Source of the DNA: a virus
Virus record (IMG/VR): IMGVR_UViG_3300045988_150584
Strand: one strand, 5' to 3'
DNA length: 64,000 nucleotides
Shown here in pieces: positions 49,312-58,651 of this stretch. The position numbers were made by a program, and so were the translations under genes. Position 1 is the first letter of the stretch. The number at the start of each line of letters is the position of its first letter. A model generated the notes under the pieces. That model was not told where the DNA came from. It did not search any database and was given only the letters and a program-made list of their open reading frames with translations.

Positions 49312-50056
49312 AAAACGAGAACTGCTTTTCAGCATAATTATTGTCTGTGTCCTACTTTGCCTTGGCTTATTTATAAGCGGAAAGATTTCGTATGGAGCGG
49401 CGCAAACAGCGGAGAAGTATGCAACCGCAACGATTATTGAGGATCATTCGCAATTCCGGTACGGTATGAATACTGACTTCGGCAATGTGTTGCTGTATGG
49501 AGAGCTGAGTACGGATTCACCTGTGACTTTCGATGAGATTGGCAATGGTTATATTTACATTGAGAAAGTTCGTGAGGATTACACAAGACATACCAGAACC
49601 GTTACAAAGAAAGACAGCAATGGCAATACATACACAGAAACAGAGGTCTACTACTCATGGGACTATGTTTCCAGTGAACATCTTGCTACGGATACGATTG
49701 TGTTTTTGGATGAACCATTTTCATATGGCACAATTACTTTGCCAGTGCGACGTCTGAACTTGGCTGATGCAGGTGTTGAAAAGCAGCGATGGAACTATAT
49801 CTATAAGAACAGCGATACAAGATACTATTACAATGTAACAGATGTATCTCTTGTCGGGACTGTCTTTGCAACATTGAGTGACGGGACAATAAAGAACGCT
49901 TCTTCTTTATACGAAAACGATACTCCAACGGAAGTAATTGAATCCGTACAACAGTCGGAAACGCTTTATTTGATTTTCTTTTGGCTGGCTTGGGTGGTTT
50001 TTATGGTCGGCTGTGTTTATGGATTTTTGTATTTAGAAAATCGTTGGCTCGATTGA
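49301..50056 (+). CDS. membrane protein partner of LemA
   Basis: N- and C-terminal hydrophobic segments. Overlaps the lemA stop. Confidence 0.55.
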   Translation: MVIKKRELLFSIIIVCVLLCLGLFISGKISYGAAQTAEKYATATIIEDHSQFRYGMNTDFGNVLLYGELSTDSPVTFDEIGNGYIYIEKVREDYTRHTRTVTKKDSNGNTYTETEVYYSWDYVSSEHLATDTIVFLDEPFSYGTITLPVRRLNLADAGVEKQRWNYIYKNSDTRYYYNVTDVSLVGTVFATLSDGTIKNASSLYENDTPTEVIESVQQSETLYLIFFWLAWVVFMVGCVYGFLYLENRWLD

Positions 50057-50075
50057 ATATCAGAAAGGCAATGAC

Positions 50076-50282
50076 ATGAACCTATATGCTGTTTTTGCAG
50101 ATTATAGAAAGAACAATGAGCATAGATATCCGTATTATGTTTGTGCAAATTCTATTCGTGAGGCTCGAACAAAATTTCAAGATAAAATATCTTGGCTTAC
50201 GATATTAAAGATCGAGCCTGTAACGGATAAAGAGCTGTGTCATAGAATTTTCAGCAATCCATTGGGGTACATTTTCTTTTGA
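50076..50282 (+). CDS. hypothetical protein
   Basis: 68 aa. Confidence 0.45.
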   Translation: MNLYAVFADYRKNNEHRYPYYVCANSIREARTKFQDKISWLTILKIEPVTDKELCHRIFSNPLGYIFF

Positions 50283-50301
50283 TTTGTTTTGGAGGGGCAA
50301 A

Positions 50302-50913
50302 ATGATTATTGAAGACAAGCGATATGAGATTGATGAAGTTTTTCATATGATCGGAGAAGAGTATTTATCTCTTGACACGGATAAAGGGAAGAAAAACTCG
50401 GATATCGTAGTGGACGGGTTTCGCGTTCATCCGATTTCGCTCCGTTATATGACTTTCTATCAGAAAGGTACTGCATGTGCATATTGCGGAAAAGTCGGAA
50501 CGCATTTTAAGCTTTGTGGCGATCCAGATTCGCATCGTAGACATTTCAACTTGTTTGCAGATGACGGCTCTCTGATTACGAAGGATCATATTGTTCCTAA
50601 AAGCAAAAGCGGAAAAGATTGCGTTTCTAACATGCAGCCGATGTGCAAAGCGTGTAATACAGAGAAAGGTAACTATCATCCTGAAATTAAAGTTGATTAC
50701 ATCGCAGCATTAAATCAGAGAACGGGTAACACTTCCCTTTTTAGAACAATTAACAAAGCGGCATATCATGTTATTTCGGCGCATTTGCGTCCACCCAAGA
50801 AAGACAAGGATCTTATCATTAACACCTCGATCAATGCGGTACTTGCAATTCAGAATGCCATCAAAACTGGCTGTTCGTATTGCGGATACACATGGTCGAT
50901 TGAGCAGCGATAA
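50302..50913 (+). CDS. HNH endonuclease
   Basis: CAYCG.., ITKDHIVPKSKSGKDCVSNMQPMCKACNTEKGN. Confidence 0.85.
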   Translation: MIIEDKRYEIDEVFHMIGEEYLSLDTDKGKKNSDIVVDGFRVHPISLRYMTFYQKGTACAYCGKVGTHFKLCGDPDSHRRHFNLFADDGSLITKDHIVPKSKSGKDCVSNMQPMCKACNTEKGNYHPEIKVDYIAALNQRTGNTSLFRTINKAAYHVISAHLRPPKKDKDLIINTSINAVLAIQNAIKTGCSYCGYTWSIEQR

Positions 50914-50932
50914 GGAGCTTGTTAAATAATAT
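50911..50932 (+). promoter_or_regulatory. class-B motif copy overlapping a stop codon, 5' of an RBS
   Basis: TAAGGAGCTTGTTAAATAATAT followed by CAAGGAG. Confidence 0.45.
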
Positions 50933-50946
50933 CAAGGAGTGAAAAT

Positions 50947-51462
50947 ATGAAAGTTAGACGCGATTTTGTAACGAACAGTAGCTCCAGCAGTTTTATTATC
51001 GCTTTTGCGGATAAGGCTGATGGTCTACAACAGATTGACGATCTCAGACACAGATACGGCTCTGATTATGTCGATCAGCTCTTGAAGGATTTCTCAAACA
51101 GCGAACCGATCTCTCATGACAAAATCAGAGAGCGCTTTGAGGATGAGTTTGAGTGTGAGGCAAGCTACGTTCTCAGTTATGGCGATGATGGTTGGTGGTC
51201 TGATGATAAACCGACCTTTAGAAAAAAGTGGGAGGAAGCTCATCCTGGCGCAACTGGTGCTGACTTCTATAATTCTCCGGAGCGGAAAGCCGCTATCAAA
51301 GAGTATGTAGAAAATGCTTTCAAGAAGTTGTTTAACGACATTGGTTCTGCTCCATATCTGGTTGAGCTTGAATATGAAGACCATACGGATATTGGCAGTG
51401 CGTTAGAACACGATATTCTTCCAAACTGTGATTTTACGGTACGTGGTTTTAGTCATCATTAA
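50947..51462 (+). CDS. paralog 1 of the DFVTNSSSSS[FY]-motif family
   Basis: MKVRRDFVTNSSSSSFIIAF.. 171 aa. Confidence 0.6.
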   Translation: MKVRRDFVTNSSSSSFIIAFADKADGLQQIDDLRHRYGSDYVDQLLKDFSNSEPISHDKIRERFEDEFECEASYVLSYGDDGWWSDDKPTFRKKWEEAHPGATGADFYNSPERKAAIKEYVENAFKKLFNDIGSAPYLVELEYEDHTDIGSALEHDILPNCDFTVRGFSHH

Positions 51463-51476
51463 AAGGAGGACACGAT

Positions 51477-52037
51477 TTGAAATTTCGCAAAGATTTTGTG
51501 ACCAATTCCAGTAGCTCCAGCTATACATGTGATATTTGTGGCGCAACGGAATCTGGCTGGGATATTAGTTTAGAAGAGGCCGGCATGGTTGAATGCGTAA
51601 ATGGGCATACGATCTGCAATGATGAGCTGCTTGAGATTCCGCGCAAAGAGCTGATTAAAAAGATTCTGGAATCTGGTTACGAGACTGAAAGTGAAGAAGA
51701 GCTGAATAGTCAGCACGACGATGATTCACTTCTCGATATCTTCTGGGATCAGGCAGACAATCGTTATGCTGCTCCGGAAGAGTTTTGTCCGATTTGCCAG
51801 TTTATCGAGTATTCGCAGCACGATCTTGGAAAGTATCTTGAAAAAGAGTACAAGGTTTCCCGCAGTGATGTGTTCGCAAAGGTGAAAGCGGTGAATAAGC
51901 GCCGCAAGAAGCTATACGACAGCGAATATGTGACAGAGGTATGTAAGCAGTTCGATCTTAATCCTGTCGATATTGTAGCTGGTCTGAAGAAGAGATTCGT
52001 TACCTACCGTGCATTCAGCGACTATATTCGGAGGTAA
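51477..52037 (+). CDS. paralog 2 of the DFVTNSSSSS[FY]-motif family (with a Zn-ribbon insertion)
   Basis: TTG start after AGGAGG. KFRKDFVTNSSSSSYTCDICG..CPICQ. Confidence 0.6.
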   Translation: MKFRKDFVTNSSSSSYTCDICGATESGWDISLEEAGMVECVNGHTICNDELLEIPRKELIKKILESGYETESEEELNSQHDDDSLLDIFWDQADNRYAAPEEFCPICQFIEYSQHDLGKYLEKEYKVSRSDVFAKVKAVNKRRKKLYDSEYVTEVCKQFDLNPVDIVAGLKKRFVTYRAFSDYIRR

Positions 52038-52042
52038 TTGAA

Positions 52043-52477
52043 ATGAAAATTAGAGAAGATTTTGTAACGAATAGTAGTAGCTCAAGCTATGTTATCGCCT
52101 ATAAAGCGTCTCCAAACTTCGATGAAGAGACTATTCAGCGCTATCCGATTCTGAAAGGGTTTACCACTGTTTTAGAAAGCGTTTTGCTTGCCGCAAATGA
52201 TTATGGTGACACGACAGAGGGCGAGCAGATTAAAACCATTGAGGAACTGGATAAGTATTTTGTTGGATGCTATGGATATGGGGAGATCAATACGCTTCCA
52301 CGCATCTTGGATGATGACCATTATCTAAAAGAACATTATGATAAGTGTTCTAAGCTGTTAAACGATGGTTATAACATCGTTTTCAAGCAGGTCGATTATA
52401 ACGATAGCACTTTTGATTCTATCATTCGCAACCTGGCAAACACAGATGGCATTGTCCAGATTATTGCTGATGAATAA
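52043..52477 (+). CDS. paralog 3 of the DFVTNSSSSS[FY]-motif family
   Basis: MKIREDFVTNSSSSSYVIAY.. 144 aa. Confidence 0.6.
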   Translation: MKIREDFVTNSSSSSYVIAYKASPNFDEETIQRYPILKGFTTVLESVLLAANDYGDTTEGEQIKTIEELDKYFVGCYGYGEINTLPRILDDDHYLKEHYDKCSKLLNDGYNIVFKQVDYNDSTFDSIIRNLANTDGIVQIIADE

Positions 52478-52490
52478 TTGGAGGTAAACC

Positions 52491-53930
52491 ATGTACGCAG
52501 CATATGTAACTCGTATTAAGAATTTGCGCAAACATTCAAACGCGGATCGACTTCTCTGCGGTGAATGTTTTGGCAATACGGTAATTGTGGGCTTGGATAC
52601 AAAGCCAGAAGAGCTGGGTGTCTATTTCCCCGTAGATGGCAAGCTTGGCACTGAGTATGCGGTGAAGAACGACCTGCTTCGCCGTAAGGATGAGAACGGT
52701 AAGCCTGCTGGTGGTTATCTCGATCCTGAAAAGCGTAATATTAAGGCGTTGAAGCTTCGTGGCGAAAAGAGCGATGGCTTGTTTATGCCATTGTCCAGTT
52801 TGAGTGGGTTCACAGATATTGCAAAGCTCCGTGATGGCGATGTAATTACCATTTTGAATGGTGTTACAATTTGTGAGAAGTATATCCCCCATCGTAAGAA
52901 GAGTACCATTATGGTTGGGGGGGGTAGGACTCGTAAGCATCACGATCCTGTTGCTCCGCTCTTTGCGGAACATGCTGACACGGAACAGCTCGCATATAAC
53001 CTCAGCGCATTTCACCCAGGCGATCTTGTTGAGATTACTTTGAAAATGCACGGCACATCTCAGCGAACCGGATATCTACCAATGCTTAAAGGATATAAGA
53101 AGACATTGCTTGATAAGCTCCTACATCGCATTGGTTCTCCGATTTATAATTGGGGATATGTAACTGGTACTCGTCGTGTTGTCTTGGATGATTTTGACGG
53201 TGGCTTTTATGGTAGCAATGCTTTCCGTGAACAGCATAGCAAGGTTTTTGAAGGTAAGCTGCATAAGGGCGAAACCGTGTACTATGAAGTCGTTGGCTTT
53301 ACGCAAGACAAGCAGCCTATTATGGCATCTTGCGACAATAAAAAAGTCGGTGATAAGGAATTTGTTAAACAATACGGCGAAAAGACAGTGTTTAGCTATG
53401 GTTGCTATCCAGACGGTGTAAAGGAAGTAACAAATCCGAAAATTACACACGCAACAGTAATGATTGGCGATACCTCTTTTACAGCAAATGAGATTACGGA
53501 ATATGAATCTGCTCCGCAGTCTGATTTCTATGTGTATCGAATGACAATGACAAATGAGGATGGCGATGTTGTTGAATACACACCAGACTTTATGCGTTAT
53601 CGTTGTGAACAGATGGGCGTTAAGTGTGTTCCGCTATTTGCTCGATTCATTATTCCGGATTACATTCAGCTTCCTGATGCTGTTGGGTCTCCGATGGCTG
53701 TCAATGCTGGCGAATATGTCAAGGAAATTGCTGAAAACTTCTATGATGGTGCAGACCCGATTGGTAAGTCGCATGTCCGCGAGGGCGTTGTTTGCCGTAT
53801 CGTAAACCGCCCAAAGTTTACAGCATATAAGCACAAGAATTTTGCATTCAAGGTGCTTGAGGGAATTGTAAAGGATGTTGCGTCTGCTCCGGACATGGAA
53901 GAAGCGCAAGATGATGTAAGCGTTGCATAA
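52491..53930 (+). CDS. ATP-dependent RNA ligase (Rnl2/Rnl5-like, N-terminal OB module)
   Basis: N-terminus YVTRIKNLRKHSNADRLLCGECFGNTVIVG (DRB0094-type OB). Nucleotidyl-lysine motif EITLKMHGTS (KxHGT). An in-frame G8 tract at 52917-52924 encodes GGG. Confidence 0.8.
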   Translation: MYAAYVTRIKNLRKHSNADRLLCGECFGNTVIVGLDTKPEELGVYFPVDGKLGTEYAVKNDLLRRKDENGKPAGGYLDPEKRNIKALKLRGEKSDGLFMPLSSLSGFTDIAKLRDGDVITILNGVTICEKYIPHRKKSTIMVGGGRTRKHHDPVAPLFAEHADTEQLAYNLSAFHPGDLVEITLKMHGTSQRTGYLPMLKGYKKTLLDKLLHRIGSPIYNWGYVTGTRRVVLDDFDGGFYGSNAFREQHSKVFEGKLHKGETVYYEVVGFTQDKQPIMASCDNKKVGDKEFVKQYGEKTVFSYGCYPDGVKEVTNPKITHATVMIGDTSFTANEITEYESAPQSDFYVYRMTMTNEDGDVVEYTPDFMRYRCEQMGVKCVPLFARFIIPDYIQLPDAVGSPMAVNAGEYVKEIAENFYDGADPIGKSHVREGVVCRIVNRPKFTAYKHKNFAFKVLEGIVKDVASAPDMEEAQDDVSVA

Positions 53931-54050
53931 CGACATTACGCATCTTATCCATCAATGTCGAACGGTGTGCTGGAATATATACGGATTTGGTAGCTCCAGC
54001 ACACTGCCGACATATTGTCAGAGATTGTATTTTGAAAGAGAGGTGCTGTG

Positions 54051-54872
54051 ATGAGTGACAGAGAAAAGATTATGAAGCGGCTTTCTGAACACCTCGAAGC
54101 AGTAAGAGACAAACACCCTGAGTGGGTTGGTATTTTTCTTCAAGGTTCACAAAACTACAACTTAGATTATGAGGGCAGCGATATTGATTCCAAGCTGATC
54201 GTCCTCCCTTCGTTTGAAGATTTTGTTTTGAACAAGAGACCGTATAGCTACACACACATCATGGAAAACGATGAACATGTAGATGTTAAGGATATTCGTC
54301 TGATGCTCGATTGCTTCAAAAAGCAGAATGTAAATTTTGTTGAGATTCTTTTTACCCCGTACCGTATCTTGAATCCAAAGTACGAAGCTTTGTTTCAGCC
54401 GATTCTTGATATTGCAGAGAGAGTCGGTCGATATAACAACTATGCTGCATTGAACTGCATGGTCGGAATGGCGCTTGAAAAGCAAAAGGCATTGTGCCAC
54501 CCATATCCTGCAACAAAAGACAAGATTGATAAGTACGGTTTCGACAGCAAACAGTATCATCATATCGAGCGTCTTTATGAGTTCATGCAGCGTTGGCTTA
54601 ATGGCGAGCCATATCGTGATTGCCTCATTTCTAAGCAGAGAGAACGTCTTAGAGAAATCAAGCTTTATATTAACTGCGATCTTACAACGGCGCAGGCCAA
54701 TTCGGACAGAATTGTATCTGAGATGAAGTCAATCAAGGACACTTATATGCAGCAGAATCCTGTCGTGATAGATCGTGAGGTTGATTCAGTTTTCAATAAG
54801 GTTTTGCTTGATTTATTTAAGTTTAATTTCCAGTGTGAGATTGGTAACGGCTCGCCTAATAAAAAGGAGTAA
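54051..54872 (+). CDS. Pol-beta-superfamily nucleotidyltransferase
   Basis: GIFLQGSQNYNLDYEGSDIDSKLIV (GS..x..DxD). Confidence 0.6.
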   Translation: MSDREKIMKRLSEHLEAVRDKHPEWVGIFLQGSQNYNLDYEGSDIDSKLIVLPSFEDFVLNKRPYSYTHIMENDEHVDVKDIRLMLDCFKKQNVNFVEILFTPYRILNPKYEALFQPILDIAERVGRYNNYAALNCMVGMALEKQKALCHPYPATKDKIDKYGFDSKQYHHIERLYEFMQRWLNGEPYRDCLISKQRERLREIKLYINCDLTTAQANSDRIVSEMKSIKDTYMQQNPVVIDREVDSVFNKVLLDLFKFNFQCEIGNGSPNKKE

Positions 54873-54876
54873 GAAT

Positions 54877-55791
54877 ATGTCTATCTTTTTTATGATGGTA
54901 GGTCTTCCGTACAGCGGAAAATCTGTTTATGCGGAGGGGCTGCGAGAGAAGTTCGGTGCAGAGATTCATTCCAGCGATGCAATTCGAGCAGAGATCCTTG
55001 GAGATGTACAGGATCAGACAAACAATCAGATTGTTTTTGATACTCTGCACAAGCGAGTAATTTCTGATTTGTCTGCTGGTAAAAATGTAATTTACGATGC
55101 GACGAATATCAATTACAAGCGGCGTATTGATATGCTGAATCGCTTGTCGAAGGTGAAGTGTCAGAAAGTCTGTATCGTTATGGCGACACCTTTTCACGAA
55201 TGTGAAGAGCGTAGCAAGCATCGTGAGCGGGTTGTCCCACACGAGGTTCTTGTGCGTATGTATAAGAATTTCTGGCTTCCGTATTGGTATGAGGGGTGGG
55301 ACGCAATCGAGCTTGTTTATCCAGATAATTTTGAGCCGTACAGTGTAAGTGATTTATTTAATCGTGATGGAGGGCTGAATAGCTTTGAGCAGGACAATCC
55401 ACATCATACTTTCACGGTTGGGCATCATTGTATCGCTACATATGGGCTTGTTTCTGATGGAAGCACAGAGCTTCAGGAGGCTGCTCTTCTTCATGATATC
55501 GGAAAGCCTTTCACAAAAAGCTTTGTGAATAGCAAGGGCGAAACAACAGAGATTGCTCATTATTATGAACATCAGCATGTTTCCGCCTATGATAGCTTAT
55601 TCTACTCAAATCCGAGTTTGAATCGGCTGTATATCGCAAATATCATCCAGTGGCATATGCGTCCGTTTGAGCTTGAACGAGACCCCCATTCTGGCAAAGC
55701 GCAGAAGCGGTTCAAAAAGCTTGTCGGCAATAAGCTTTATTCAGATGTGATGAAGCTTCATGCCGCTGATATCGAAGCAAAAGGAACTTGA
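54877..55791 (+). CDS. polynucleotide kinase (P-loop) fused to an HD phosphohydrolase
   Basis: MMVGLPYSGKS (Walker A), YDATNINYKRR, and C-terminal HH..LLHDIGKP (HD). Confidence 0.75.
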   Translation: MSIFFMMVGLPYSGKSVYAEGLREKFGAEIHSSDAIRAEILGDVQDQTNNQIVFDTLHKRVISDLSAGKNVIYDATNINYKRRIDMLNRLSKVKCQKVCIVMATPFHECEERSKHRERVVPHEVLVRMYKNFWLPYWYEGWDAIELVYPDNFEPYSVSDLFNRDGGLNSFEQDNPHHTFTVGHHCIATYGLVSDGSTELQEAALLHDIGKPFTKSFVNSKGETTEIAHYYEHQHVSAYDSLFYSNPSLNRLYIANIIQWHMRPFELERDPHSGKAQKRFKKLVGNKLYSDVMKLHAADIEAKGT

Positions 55792-56752
55792 TAAACAATA
55801 CAAAGTGGGTGTTTGGCATTTACAGTAAAGAAGACTTAGATGTAATGCAGTCATGGGATTTGCAGCGAAAAATTCAAGTGACTACAACTCGTATCATTGA
55901 GTGGTATGAGCATTTCGGCGGAAGCGTTTATGTTGCTTTTTCTGGTGGTAAAGATAGTACGGTTTTGCTTGATATCGTTCGCCGTATTTACCCAGATGTG
56001 CCGGCTGTATTTTGTGACACTGGCTTGGAATTTCCGGAAATCCGAGAGTTTGTTAAGCAGCATGATAATGTTGTGATTCTGCGACCTGAGATGAATTTCA
56101 GAAAGGTCATCGAAACATACGGATATCCAGTTGTCTCAAAAAGAGTTGCCGACACTGTAGAATATGGCAGTAAGCCAGGTTCTTATCGGTGGAAAGAGCT
56201 TCACGGAGAGATTATCCGTAGCAATGGTACTCCGTCGGAGTTTAACTGCGAAAAGTGGCGCTATCTTCTGGACGCCCCATTTAAGGTTTCTTCTCGTTGC
56301 TGCAATATTATGAAGAAGAAGCCGCTGAAGAAGTATTTCAAAGAAACTGGTCGCGTTCCCATTATTGCAACTATGGCAGACGAGAGCCGATCTCGTCGAT
56401 CTACATGGATGAGACAGGGTTGTAATGCTTTTAGTAAGAAATCTCCAAGTTCTCAGCCGATGTCTTTCTGGACAGAAAATGATGTTCTTGAGTATTTGCA
56501 CACCTACAATATTCCCTACGCCTCCGTTTACGGTGAGATCATACCTTGTGGGGGGGGTGGACAACGACAGGTGAAAGAAGAACTGGTTGTGTCTTTTGCG
56601 CATTTGGCGCTCATCTGGAGAAGTCCCCGAACCGTTTCCAGCGATTAAAGGAAACGCATCCTAAGCTATGGGAATATTGTATGAAGCCTTGGAGTGAACA
56701 TGGCTTAGGTATGCGAACAGTATTAGAGTACATTGGTATTCCGTGTGAATAG
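55788..56752 (+). pseudogene. PP-loop 'PAPS reductase'-family gene #1, reading frame broken at a G8 tract
   Basis: VAFSGGKDSTVLLD (PP-loop). After G8 at 56550-56557 the conserved C-terminus (..TGERRTGCVFCAFG..) continues in another frame. G9 or G6 would restore it. Confidence 0.75.
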
Positions 56753-56768
56753 AAAGTGAGTTTTTGTA

Positions 56769-58078
56769 ATGCAACCAATTTTCAAAGAATACGCTCATTT
56801 CTTACATGATAATGGGTGTGATATATCTTGGTTTCAAGAAAGAACATATTGGTTGGATCACAACATTGTAAAAGCGTTCACGAGGGGGGGGGCAGCGGTT
56901 AGTTTCGCTATATAAGATTGTTGTTTCTGACGATCTTACCGTTGCTCTTACAAAACACAAACAAAATGTTGATGGTCTGCAATTTGAATCTTGGGACGAA
57001 ACTATCGCGCGTTTCAGACCGCATCTTGAAAGTATTGAGCATGATAGCATCGCTCTTCTTCGACAGTATGGAATTGGGACAGAGCGGAAAATAGTCAATA
57101 CAAATTCTACTGGCAAAGACAGTATGGTTGTTACACATCTTGCAAAAAAAGCAGGATTAAATTTTGAAACATATTTCAATGTTACAACCTTGGATGTTGC
57201 TGAAAGTAATTGTATGGCAAAACGGAATGGATTCAAACACATTCTGCCCAATCCGGAGTATGGTGGATTTTATAAGTACATCCAACGCTATGATGGGGGG
57301 GGGCAACCAAATGATACCAAGTAGATTGAATCGCTTCTGCTGCAATTATTTTAAGGAAAGTCCGACAATTGGCTATTTTCCTGATGATGAGCCTCTGATT
57401 TTCTTATTTGGAATGCGGAATCAAGAATCAGTTCGCCGGTCTGGTTATAAGGACATATGGAAAAACGAAAAGTGGGGCGAACGCGACTGGATCGCTCTTC
57501 TTCCAATTCGTCAATGGTCTGAGTTTGATGTCTGGCTTTATATTTTGTCGGAAGATATTGAGATCAACGACAAGTATAGATACGGATATGATCGCGTTGG
57601 ATGTGGTATTGCTTGTCCGAATTATACAAAGTATACATGGGTTCTTGATAAATACTGGTATCCATATTTGTTTAATCGGTGGAGAAATATCTTACGGAAC
57701 GACTTTATCAACAATAACAAGTGGCTCATTATGAATTGCACCGTCGATGAGTATGTGACAAAAGCATGGACTGGCGGTGTATATCGTGACGAGCCGACAG
57801 AAGATGTTATTTCTGAATTTTCTCAGTATTCTGGGCTGGATATATCAATTGCAAGAAAGTATTTTAATCGCTATTGCGCAAATGGATGTATTAACAAGCG
57901 CCGTCAGCCTCTTCGGATCAAAGATAGAAATGCTCTTGCCATGAATATGAAAATGTTTGGAAGAAATATAAATCATTTTTTGTGCAAGAAATGCCTTATG
58001 AAAGAATTTGGTTGGAACAAATCTCAATGGGACGAAAAAGTCAGCGAATTCAAAGCGCAAGGCTGTCAATTATTTTGA
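56769..58078 (+). pseudogene. PP-loop 'PAPS reductase'-family gene #2, frame broken at two G9 tracts
   Basis: NSTGKDSMVV (PP-loop variant), ..RLNRFCCNYFKESP.., ..GCGIACPNY.. G9 tracts lie at 56884-56892 and 57295-57303. G8 at each would give one continuous ORF. Confidence 0.7.
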
Positions 58079-58099
58079 AAAGAAATTAGTTAAATAACT
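58079..58099 (+). promoter_or_regulatory. class-B motif copy 5' of an RBS
   Basis: AAAGAAATTAGTTAAATAACT followed by CAAAGGAG. Confidence 0.45.
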
Positions 58100-58117
58100 C
58101 AAAGGAGAACACAGTAT

Positions 58118-58639
58118 ATGAAGATGGACAAAGTTGCTGGCAGTGGGAATGACGAATTCTACACGCCAGAGTATGCAATTACACCTATTGCAAAGTATCT
58201 TGCACCCCCCCCCGCCGTAATTTGGTGTCCGTTTGATACGGAAGACAGTTTGTTTGTGAAGCATTTTAGAGCTGCTGGGTATACAGTTTTGGCAACACAT
58301 ATTTGTAATGGTCAGGACTTTTTTACTATGGAGACTCCAAACTGTGACTACATCATTAGTAATCCTCCATATTCACTTAAAGGTGATGTTATTGACCGCC
58401 TGTTTGAAATCGGAAAACCGTTTGCAATGCTTGTTGGCGTTGTTGGATTGTTTGAAAGCCAACATCGGTTTAACCTTTTCAAGTCACATGAATTTGAAAT
58501 TATGTATTTGAATAAGCGCGTTTCATACTTTAAGGACTATGCAGAGCAAAAACCGTCGCTTAATCCTCCGTTTAGTAGCGTCTATATTTGTAGCAAAATG
58601 CTTCCAAGAACCATTGTATTTGAAGAAATCGACAAATAA
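58118..58639 (+). CDS. N6-adenine DNA methyltransferase (small Dam-like, NPPY)
   Basis: DEFYTPEYA.., IISNPPYSLKG. An in-frame C9 tract at 58205-58213 encodes PPP. Confidence 0.75.
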   Translation: MKMDKVAGSGNDEFYTPEYAITPIAKYLAPPPAVIWCPFDTEDSLFVKHFRAAGYTVLATHICNGQDFFTMETPNCDYIISNPPYSLKGDVIDRLFEIGKPFAMLVGVVGLFESQHRFNLFKSHEFEIMYLNKRVSYFKDYAEQKPSLNPPFSSVYICSKMLPRTIVFEEIDK

Positions 58640-58651
58640 TAGGAGTTTTCA

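Noticed and set aside
24727-49335. Other long antisense ORFs: 24727..25332, 26683..27573, 31359..32162, 39634..40824, 42831..44192 and 48727..49335. A further one, 62556..63281, lies outside the coordinate range given for this entry.
   Set aside because: Each lies opposite a gene with a recognisable family or motif (DUF932, SPFH, DUF2828, LemA, ERF) and lacks an RBS. They are shadow ORFs.
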